From Candidatus Saccharimonadota bacterium (GTDB lineage: Bacteria > Patescibacteriota > Microgenomatia > UBA1406 > GWC2-37-13), in NCBI GenBank assembly GCA_016700135.1, contig CP065004.1, forward strand, positions 1,320,001-1,352,000: a stretch of 32,000 nt of DNA. Reading direction: 5' to 3'. The notes beneath the pieces were generated by a model. The model was not told where the DNA came from and searched no databases. It saw nothing but the letters and a program-made list of their open reading frames with translations. Below, one piece after another: positions 1 through 7,178 of the stretch. Both the position numbers and the translations under genes were made by a program. Within the stretch, counting starts at the first letter, position 1; every line of letters starts with the position of its first letter.

Positions 1-1163
1 CTGTTTTCATGCAGTATAAAAAGATGGACAACGGGACATTTGCAGAACTTCCGAAAATGAATGTCGATTTCGGCGGAGGTCTGGAACGGCTACTTGCCGC
101 GGCAAATGATGACCCCGACATTTTCAAGACTGATGTTTTTTCATCGATAGTCAAAGGAGTCGAAAAAGCCACGGGAATTTCATACGGACAGGAAGAATTT
201 AAGCCTGCAATGAGAATTATCGCCGATCATCTGAAAACAGCTACATTTATCATCAAAGACGGCATTACACCATCCAACAAAGAACAGGGTTATATCCTTC
301 GTAGACTTCTTCGTCGGGCACTTGTGAAAGTGAGAGCCTTGAATAACGGATTTTCGATCGATTCCATATCCCCAATTATCGAAAAAGTACTTGAGACCTA
401 TGATGGAATTTATTTTGATATCAGTAAAGATAAAGAAACTATTATTCCCGTCATCACACAAGAGATAGTGAAGTTTCAGAAAACGCTTGAGAAGGGATTG
501 CGTGAAATCGAAAAACTGAAAGAGGTAAATGCTAAACAGGCGTTTGATCTTTATCAGTCCTATGGATTTCCGCTGGAAATCACGCAGGAAATTCTGGAAG
601 AACGCGGACAAAAGATTGACCGCAAAGCATGGAAGGAAGAAGTCCAAAAACATCGGGAAAAGTCACGGTCTTCAGCTCTGGATCGGTTCAAAGGCGGACT
701 CGCTGATCATTCGGAACAGACAGTCAGATATCATACGGCCACACATTTGATTCACCAGGCCCTTTTTGATATTTTAGGAGATTCTGTCCGACAGGAAGGC
801 TCAAATATCACCGCAGAACGTCTGAGATTTGATTTTTACAGTGTGAATGCACCGGCTGAAGATGCAAAACAGCAAATCGAAGAGATTGTAAACGGAAAAA
901 TCAAAGAAGCTCTTACTGTTCAGAAAGTCGTATTGCCGAAGACTGAAGCGGAAAAAGTCGGAGCTCGATCATTTTTTAAAGAAAAATATCCCGATCAGGT
1001 GAATGTATATTTTATCGGTGGTGACGCAGATCATATCAAAGATGCTTATTCCAAAGAGTTCTGCGGCGGTCCTCATGTGACAAATACAAGTGAGATCGGT
1101 CACATCACCATAGAAAAACTCAAAAAAATCGGAAGTAATATGTATCGTGTGTATGCAAAGTAG
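1..1163 (+). CDS. alaS: alanine--tRNA ligase, C-terminal part (5' end lies upstream of the window)
   Basis: The reading frame is open to the window edge. The product carries the AlaRS/AlaX editing-domain zinc motifs HTATHLIH and FCGGPHV and ends about 35 aa after the second motif. Confidence 0.9.
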   Translation, partial: VFMQYKKMDNGTFAELPKMNVDFGGGLERLLAAANDDPDIFKTDVFSSIVKGVEKATGISYGQEEFKPAMRIIADHLKTATFIIKDGITPSNKEQGYILRRLLRRALVKVRALNNGFSIDSISPIIEKVLETYDGIYFDISKDKETIIPVITQEIVKFQKTLEKGLREIEKLKEVNAKQAFDLYQSYGFPLEITQEILEERGQKIDRKAWKEEVQKHREKSRSSALDRFKGGLADHSEQTVRYHTATHLIHQALFDILGDSVRQEGSNITAERLRFDFYSVNAPAEDAKQQIEEIVNGKIKEALTVQKVVLPKTEAEKVGARSFFKEKYPDQVNVYFIGGDADHIKDAYSKEFCGGPHVTNTSEIGHITIEKLKKIGSNMYRVYAK

Positions 1164-1178
1164 CTTATAGACTGTAGA

Positions 1179-1590
1179 TGGTAGGTTGTAGAAAATAATG
1201 AATGATGTAATATTATGTTATGTCATCATATAAGGATCTTATTGTATGGAAAAAGTCGATCAATCTTGTTACAGAAATATACACTGTAACAGCTGCATTG
1301 CCTACTGAAGAAAAATTTGGCCTTGTATCACAGATGAGAAGAAGTGCAGTTTCCATACCTTCAAACATTGCTGAAGGTCGGCGCAGAAATTCGCAAAAAG
1401 AGTATAAACAATTTTTAGCAATTGCTTATGGTTCTGGCGCCGAACTTGAAACCCAAATAGAAATTGTTAAGCGCTTACCATTTGGTTCAACAATTGAGTT
1501 TCGTAATACAGATTTTTTGTTATTAGAAGTTATGAAAATGTTAAATGTTATGGTCAGTAGGCTCGACTAACTACAGCCTACAACCTACCA
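1179..1590. repeat. 13-bp perfect inverted repeat bracketing the four-helix-bundle ORF
   Basis: tggtaggttgtag (1179-1191) is the exact reverse complement of ctacaacctacca (1578-1590). The arms lie 16 nt after the alaS stop and 8 nt after the ORF stop. Extra ctgtag/ctacag words sit at 1172 and 1571. Confidence 0.6.
1220..1570 (+). CDS. four-helix-bundle protein (family formerly called 23S rRNA intervening-sequence protein)
   Basis: 116 aa. The N-terminal YKDLIVWKKS...L and central PSNIAEG(R) motifs are typical of this family as I know it. Confidence 0.85.
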   Translation: MSSYKDLIVWKKSINLVTEIYTVTAALPTEEKFGLVSQMRRSAVSIPSNIAEGRRRNSQKEYKQFLAIAYGSGAELETQIEIVKRLPFGSTIEFRNTDFLLLEVMKMLNVMVSRLD

Positions 1591-1594
1591 CCTA

Positions 1595-1939
1595 TTGCCT
1601 ATGAAAAAAAATCTCATATCTTTCGTTGACCTGATGAAAGTTGATATCAGAGTCGGTGAGGTTACGGAAGCAAAGAAGGTTGAGGAATCGAATAAGCTTA
1701 TTGAACTTACCGTCAACTTTGGGGAAGATTACGGAATCGCAACCATTTTTACAGGAATGCAGAAATGGTATACGCCGGAGGATTTTCAAGGAAAAAAATT
1801 CTTATTTGTAGCCAATCTTGAACCGAAAAAAATGATGGATCGTGAGTCACAAGGTATGATTCTTTCGGCTGTCAAAGACAACGAACCCGTCATTATTCCC
1901 GTCAGCCAGGATCTGGAAAACGGAACCGAAATCCTGTAA
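1595..1939 (+). CDS. stand-alone tRNA-binding OB-fold domain protein (CsaA/Trbp111-like, MetRS C-terminal-domain-like)
   Basis: 114 aa. FVDLMKVDIRVGEVTEAKKVEESNKLIELTVNFGED...ANLEPKKMMDRESQGMILSA matches the EMAP/Trbp111 tRNA-binding fold pattern. An alternative start is Met3 (1601). Confidence 0.85.
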   Translation: MPMKKNLISFVDLMKVDIRVGEVTEAKKVEESNKLIELTVNFGEDYGIATIFTGMQKWYTPEDFQGKKFLFVANLEPKKMMDRESQGMILSAVKDNEPVIIPVSQDLENGTEIL

Positions 1940-1943
1940 TCAT

Positions 1944-1964
1944 ACTTTCTTTTTTAAAGAAAGT
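1944..1964 (+). terminator. weak AT-rich hairpin after the tRNA-binding-domain gene
   Basis: actttcttt (1944-1952) pairs with aaagaaagt (1956-1964) around a ttt loop. There is no strong downstream T-tract. Confidence 0.3.
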
Positions 1965-2016
1965 CTTGTATGATGTTTTCATTCGTTAACTATCTATTAT
2001 TATTTTTTTACCAACA

Positions 2017-2889
2017 ATGGCAAGTAAAAAAGACGAAAAGTCAACAAAGTCCACCGCTGCGAAACATCCGATGGAACATAAGAATGACCAAAATCATTCA
2101 GATACTACCCCCGCGCAGGATCGCGCAATCGACTCAGTTATGAACCGCCTCAGTCAGCAATTCAATCTTTTGACTATTTTGATTGTTGCTCTCTTCCTTT
2201 TCCAGGCATATACCTTTTATCAGGTAAAGGATATTCAGAAAAACGGAACAGTTGCCGGAACCGGCGCTGCTCAGGAATCCCCTCTTTCAGAGGAAAAACT
2301 GATCTCATACGCTGAAGAACTTGATCTTGATAAAAATAAATTTATTCAGTGTCTTGATGCCGAGCAAACAGCATCAACCGTACGCGCTGATATGGATCAG
2401 GCTGCAAGTCTCTCAGTCCAGGGTACACCGGGCTTTTTCATCAACGGAAAATTCTTGGGCGGTGCATTCCCCTATGAGACTTTCAAAGAAATCATCGACA
2501 AGGAAATCGCCGGTGAACCGTCAAATGCCTGTACCGATTACTCGGAAGATCTGCAGCAGTTCTGTAGTGATCCTGAAACAGCAGCTTTTAAGCCGGAACC
2601 TGTCGAAGTTGCGGTCAATAATTCACCAATCATCGGTTCAAGAAATTCGAAAGTAATAATCGTCGAATTCTCTGACTTTGAGTGTCCGTTCTGTGCGCGA
2701 GCATACTCTACGGTCAAACAGATTCAGGCAGATTATCCGAATGATGTCGCTATCGCTTACAAACACTTACCTTTGACACAACTGCATCCGAATGCAGAAC
2801 GTGCAGCACAGGCATCCGTTTGTGCTCAGGAACAAGGAAAGTTCTGGGAGTATCATGACAAACTGTTTGAGTCTCAGGGAGCGCAATAA
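2017..2889 (+). CDS. membrane-anchored DsbA-family thiol:disulfide oxidoreductase with permuted half-domains
   Basis: One TM helix (LLTILIVALFLFQAYTFY). It is followed by the DsbA C-terminal-half motif (VQGTPGFFINGKFLGGAFPYETF), then by the N-terminal-half motif with the active site (VEFSDFECPFCARAY ... KHLPL ... QGKFWEYHDKLFESQ). Confidence 0.8.
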   Translation: MASKKDEKSTKSTAAKHPMEHKNDQNHSDTTPAQDRAIDSVMNRLSQQFNLLTILIVALFLFQAYTFYQVKDIQKNGTVAGTGAAQESPLSEEKLISYAEELDLDKNKFIQCLDAEQTASTVRADMDQAASLSVQGTPGFFINGKFLGGAFPYETFKEIIDKEIAGEPSNACTDYSEDLQQFCSDPETAAFKPEPVEVAVNNSPIIGSRNSKVIIVEFSDFECPFCARAYSTVKQIQADYPNDVAIAYKHLPLTQLHPNAERAAQASVCAQEQGKFWEYHDKLFESQGAQ

Positions 2890-2913
2890 TACTTAACGCA
2901 ATTTGATAGAAAA

Positions 2914-2938
2914 GGACGGGAAACCCCGTCCTTTTTTT
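2914..2938. terminator. rho-independent terminator shared by convergent genes
   Basis: ggacggg (2914-2920), loop aaac, cccgtcc (2925-2931), then T7 (2932-2938). An A-run lies on the other side, so it could work in both directions. Confidence 0.75.
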
Positions 2939-2946
2939 GTAGGTCA

Positions 2947-3927
2947 CTATTCCCGGAAGCTGTCATTTACTTGGAAGTTTGCAAAATCTAAATGCATATT
3001 AACCGGTGTTGCCCATGTACTGTCACTTCCTCCGAAGAATGTAGAGAAAAATACTCCACCAAACTCGAGGTTTTCTACTCCTCTATACCTCATTCCACGC
3101 TGATGTAAAACCTCTTGATCATTCATCCAAACCTGAATTCGCCCGTCGTCCTGGCCCGGTTCATTTAAGCGTACCTGTTGACGCATATCCAACCATTCTC
3201 CTTTGACGAAGCTCCAGTTACCCAAACCATAGTGGATTCCGTGATCAAACGAATGTCCTCCAATTTCCGGCGAATATACATATGCTGACCCACGCCCGTC
3301 CCTATTCCACATATATCTTGTTGAAAACCCATTAGTACCATCTGGAGGGCGTTGACCACTATATACTTCACCACCATAAAATCCCGGAAGTTTTCCTCCT
3401 TTTACAAATGAAAAACTCTGCGGAAACCTGACAGAATAGGTTAAATTAAGCCTCTCTTTATTTTTTCCATTGTGAAGGAAGAGCGACATTAAATTGACCG
3501 CCACCAACAGGTGCTCTTTCGTTTTTTGTAACTGTCTGGCTGGCTGAAGAACCGGCAGGGTACCGCACACGAAGCACATATGGTGAACCATTTTCATGCC
3601 ATTTAAACAGCTGAAGATTCTCCAGGCCAAACCACTTCTCTTCATCAACAAGCTCTCCGTCTAACCCGATTGCAGGCAGGACTTCATTCTGAAGTAACTG
3701 TTTATTGATTTATCCAAAGTCATAAAGGAGCTCCAGGTCAGAAACCTCAGGAGTTGTAGGCACCATAGTTTCAGTGGAAACCTGCTTTGGAGATGGGATA
3801 CCAGTTGGTGTGGCGGGCAATTCATCTCTACCACATGATGCCAATACAAGTGTACCCGCTGCCCATAGTAATAGCTGCCTTCTTGTATACGTTCGTTTTT
3901 TTCGGTATTTTTTATTAGTTCGCTCAT
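2947..3927 (-). pseudogene. disrupted Tat/lipoprotein with polysaccharide-lyase-like (PL14-type concanavalin-fold) domain
   Basis: The ATG at 3927 is followed by A6/A7 runs. In the -1 frame the sequence reads KKRTYTRRQLLLWAAGTLVLASCG, a twin-arginine motif plus lipobox. That frame hits an in-frame TAA (complement of 3710-3712), then continues as ...YVLRVRYPAGSSASQ...GGGQFNVALPSQ. It needs a second shift at an A6 run (complement of 3461-3466) to join the ORF 2947-3651 (LTYSVRFPQSFSFVKGGKLPGFYGG ... FFGGSDSTW). Confidence 0.65.
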
Positions 3928-3996
3928 GGCAGATAAATAACCTGTATATTGTATGCTCTACCGCAACAAGATCAAAGTAGATACAGTAATTGCTAC

Positions 3997-4040
3997 TTAT
4001 TTCTTACCTATTTCTTACATATTGCTTACTTTTATTCACT
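3997..4040. repeat. four degenerate tandem copies of an 11-bp unit (ttatttcttac / ctatttcttac / atattgcttac / ttttattcact)
   Basis: Read directly in the divergent intergenic region between the disrupted lipoprotein gene and the beta-helix remnant. Confidence 0.55.
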
Positions 4041-4234
4041 TATTATTGCCCTGTAGAAATGGTTCACTTAGTTACGCAATTAAATGAACTATTCCACGGA
4101 ATTGGCAAGGTGCTCCGACATTAGGTAACGGCAGACCGAAGAATAATACGTTTAGTACGAACGAAATCAACAGGAACTGGCAGTTCGGAATAAAGCTAAA
4201 AGAAGCGGATAACAATACATTTGACGGGAACCAA

Positions 4235-4681
4235 TTGATTGACAACTATAAATCCCTGACCGTATATTCCAACAATCCGACGGGAAACAGCTTTGTAAAC
4301 AACACGTTCTCAGGAAGCGGAGGGTATGCCATGAAACTTGATAACGCGACAAATACCGAGGTCACCGGAAACACATTCACAGCAAACAAGTATGCGCTTC
4401 AGGTTTTTGGCGGATCAAATCATACCATCAGCAAAAATCTGATTTCAGACAGCACCTATCAGGGTGTTCGGTTCGAGAATACAACGGGCAATGCCTTTGA
4501 CGGAAACACTGTTGAGGGAAATCCGACTGGACTTGCCTTACTGACATCAACCGGTAATGCGATCACGAATAACTCATTTAACAATAATCAGAACTACGGT
4601 ATTCATCTGGTAACTTCCCCGAACAATACCCTTTCCGGGAATACATTCTCAGGAAACGGGACAGATGTGTATGAACAGTAA
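4235..4681 (+). CDS. right-handed parallel beta-helix repeat protein (NosD-like), probably a 5'-truncated remnant
   Basis: About 22-aa repeats with the N-x-(F/I)-x-G-N pattern (NTFSGS, VTGNTFTAN, ISKNLISDS, NAFDGNTVEGN, NAITNNSFNNN, NTLSGNTFSGN). The same repeat frame is open back to 4088 (NNTFSTNEINRN...NNTFDGNQL) with no ATG/GTG. The only start is TTG at 4235. Confidence 0.55.
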   Translation: MIDNYKSLTVYSNNPTGNSFVNNTFSGSGGYAMKLDNATNTEVTGNTFTANKYALQVFGGSNHTISKNLISDSTYQGVRFENTTGNAFDGNTVEGNPTGLALLTSTGNAITNNSFNNNQNYGIHLVTSPNNTLSGNTFSGNGTDVYEQ

Positions 4682-4690
4682 ATAAGAATT

Positions 4691-4713
4691 GTGCCGGCTC
4701 TTTGAGCCGGCAC
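4691..4713. terminator. hairpin terminator between convergent genes
   Basis: gtgccggct (4691-4699), loop ctttg, agccggcac (4705-4713), then ttgttt. Confidence 0.75.
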
Positions 4714-4717
4714 TTGT

Positions 4718-5536
4718 TTAGACTATTTGTTTGAATAAGTAAAGAAGATTGACAACCATCTCCCCCGGCTTGCCGTCACCGATACGGGTTTCATCAATCA
4801 TGACAACCGGAGTGATTTCGTGACTGGAGTTTGTGATAAACGCTTCATCTAAATCAGCTAATTCTGACTTGTTGATAAAACGAAGTTCAACGGGAATGTT
4901 TTCGTTTTCCGCGATCTCTAAAATCACTTTTCTGGTTATTCCTTTCAAAATCCCTGTTTCTGCCGTGACAAGTTTGCCGTTTTTGACACCGAAGAAGTTA
5001 CTTCTGGTTGCCTCATAGATATTCCCTTCAGAATCGGTGTGAAGGATATCTACAGCTCCGGTTTGCTGAACTTTCTGTATTTCGACAATGCTTGCCGCAT
5101 AATTTGTCGATTTAATATCCGGAAGTTGCCTCATAAGAGATGAGGTGCATACCTTAATCCCCGTTTCATATAAAGATTGCGGCATCTCTTCACCTTTTGC
5201 AAAATAGACAAAAAATGTCTGATCCCGGGCAGGCATAAATCCGTCAGGACTTAGTCCTCCTGTTTGAATAAATTTAATATATGTATTGGCAAAACCATTC
5301 ATTTTAATCCCTTCGAGAATAATTCGCGTCATATCTTCTTTTGAGTACTTCGGTGTCATCCCCATCAGGCGTGCAGAGTTATAAAAACGATCAATATGAT
5401 CCTCCAGGCGAAAGGGTACCCCTTCATACGTACGAAGAAAATCAAATATTGCAAAACCGCGCAGAACCGCAATATCCTTAATGGAAATACTAGCTTGTGT
5501 ATCTTCAACCCATGTATCGTCAATAAAAAGTTTCAT
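4718..5536 (-). CDS. class IV aminotransferase (branched-chain / D-amino-acid aminotransferase family)
   Basis: 272 aa. It shows fold-type IV features (LRGFAIFDFLRTY, HIDRFYNSA, EATRSNFFGVKNGKLVT, GILKGITR). The specificity cannot be assigned by eye. Confidence 0.85.
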   Translation of the reverse strand: MKLFIDDTWVEDTQASISIKDIAVLRGFAIFDFLRTYEGVPFRLEDHIDRFYNSARLMGMTPKYSKEDMTRIILEGIKMNGFANTYIKFIQTGGLSPDGFMPARDQTFFVYFAKGEEMPQSLYETGIKVCTSSLMRQLPDIKSTNYAASIVEIQKVQQTGAVDILHTDSEGNIYEATRSNFFGVKNGKLVTAETGILKGITRKVILEIAENENIPVELRFINKSELADLDEAFITNSSHEITPVVMIDETRIGDGKPGEMVVNLLYLFKQIV

Positions 5537-5669
5537 ATGGAAAAAAAGTTATAACAATGATGTAGTCGTGATTTCCAGATATATCATGCTCAATTTCGTG
5601 ATTAACACTAAGTAAATTCTCGATGATCCAGTTTGTGTTACTTCGATAATCGTGAATAAAATGAACCAA

Positions 5670-6788
5670 TGAATAAGTTACGAAAGATATGGCACTCATA
5701 GGGAACTAACATCTATGAGTAAATGGGGAGGAGATCAGCTTCGAGTAATTAGGAGTTATGACTGGCAGTACAATAGAGATCTTATGAAAAAGATACGATC
5801 TCTATCAGACTACAATCAGTCAGATGTAGCACAAATCAGAAACGATGTTCTGACATTTGCAGAGAAGTACGGGATACAAGCTGCAGTTGATGCATATGGG
5901 ATATCACGAAGGACATTGTTTCGATGGAGGAAGAGACGGCGAGATTCAGAAGGGCAGTTGGATAGCCTGATACCAGAGACAACCAAGCCAAAGACACCCC
6001 GACGTATGGAGACTCACCCGAAGGTCATATCCTTTATCAAAGAGATTCGAGAACAATACTTTTGTTTGGGAAAGGAGAAGATCAAGCCCTTACTTGATGA
6101 GTATTGCCTACAGGAAGGAATTTCAACTATATCTGAGTCAACCATTGGAAAAGTGATCAAAAGACACAACCTGCAGCGCAAGACCTACCGGATCTATCAC
6201 AATCCAGCAAGTGGCTTTGCAAAACGGAAAGTAAAGTACCGACAGAAGGTCAAGCGGTCTCCCAAGGTGGAAGATACCGGATACATTGAGATTGATACCA
6301 TCACGAAGTTTGTACACGGAATCAAGCTGTATGTCTTCAATGCAGTGGACATCAAACTCAAATTCCAGTTCTCCTACGGATACTCAAAACTCAACAGCCG
6401 AAACGGTGCTGATTTTATGAGAAGACTGGAACTAGTATACCCAATACAAGATGGTATAAAAACCATACAAACAGATAACGGCCTCGAGTATCTGGGAAAC
6501 TTCCATGACTATCTGGAAGAAAACAATATCCCACACCTCTTTATCTACCCCAGATGTCCCAAGATCAATGCCTTTATTGAGCGAGCAAACAGAACACTCC
6601 AGGAAGAATTTATGAACCCCTACATCTATACCAAGTGGACCGGTATCGGATCATTCAATCGTCACCTTATTGAATACCTCGTCTGGTACAATACAAAGCG
6701 AGTTCACAAAAGCCTGAACAATATTTCACCTATGGATTACCTATTATCTATTTTACCTAAAGAGTGCCATATGTATGGAACTCATACA
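5670..6788 (+). mobile_element. IS element copy A (single rve/DDE transposase, IS481-like)
   Basis: The ends were defined by where identity with the inverted copy at 17713-18831 stops. The imperfect terminal inverted repeats are TGAATAAGTT..ATATGGCACTC and TGTATGAGTT..ATATGGCACTC. A 5-bp direct repeat ACCAA flanks it at 5665-5669 and 6789-6793. I checked nucleotide identity only at both ends; internal identity is inferred from the identical 358-aa translations. Confidence 0.9.
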
Positions 6789-6797
6789 ACCAATTGA
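5715..6797 (+). CDS. IS transposase (N-terminal HTH plus integrase-core DDE domain)
   Basis: 360 aa. It has the HTH segment ISRRTLFRWRKR and the rve core IEIDTI...FNAVD...IQTDNGLEY...ERANRTLQEE...YNTKRVHKSL. The stop codon lies 9 nt outside the IS end. Confidence 0.9.
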   Translation: MSKWGGDQLRVIRSYDWQYNRDLMKKIRSLSDYNQSDVAQIRNDVLTFAEKYGIQAAVDAYGISRRTLFRWRKRRRDSEGQLDSLIPETTKPKTPRRMETHPKVISFIKEIREQYFCLGKEKIKPLLDEYCLQEGISTISESTIGKVIKRHNLQRKTYRIYHNPASGFAKRKVKYRQKVKRSPKVEDTGYIEIDTITKFVHGIKLYVFNAVDIKLKFQFSYGYSKLNSRNGADFMRRLELVYPIQDGIKTIQTDNGLEYLGNFHDYLEENNIPHLFIYPRCPKINAFIERANRTLQEEFMNPYIYTKWTGIGSFNRHLIEYLVWYNTKRVHKSLNNISPMDYLLSILPKECHMYGTHTTN

Positions 6798-7178
6798 CAT
6801 AGGTGATACTCTGTAGTATACATATAACATGTGTATTTTAGGGACTTCTGCATGTCTTTAAAAAGTACACGAAAATAATTATTTTTCTAGCTTAAGACGA
6901 ATATCACTGTAAGCATGTGAGAGGTGTGTTGTGGGAAAAAGTACATTAACAACTTTCATGAACCAAATATTCCTTTGTTTCGCTCGGGGATGATTGCGGT
7001 GTATAGGAGTAACGAATAATCAGTACTTCTCTATTCCGCAATCATCATATCCCATGGTCTCAAACAGACCGGCGGACAAAGGGTAGATGATCAAATGAAA
7101 GGAGATTTCTTTACAACTGAATACCGTAAGTATGTCCGCTTTTCCTGTATCCAACTTTAGCAAGAGAGGATTACTCCA

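Noticed and set aside
180-750. ORFs 180-653 (minus strand) and 529-750 (plus strand) inside alaS
   Set aside because: They lie entirely within the well-supported alaS frame and translate to motif-free, compositionally odd peptides.
2321-2947. ORFs 2321-2656 (plus strand) and 2750-2947 (minus strand) overlapping the DsbA-like gene and its terminator
   Set aside because: These are alternative-frame or antisense ORFs without motifs. The DsbA frame explains the region.
3661-3927. Programmed -1 ribosomal frameshift at the A-AAA-AAC heptamer of the lipoprotein gene
   Set aside because: The slippery site is genuine in form. However, the same gene also needs read-through of a TAA and a second frameshift, which fits decay (or homopolymer length variation) better than programmed recoding.
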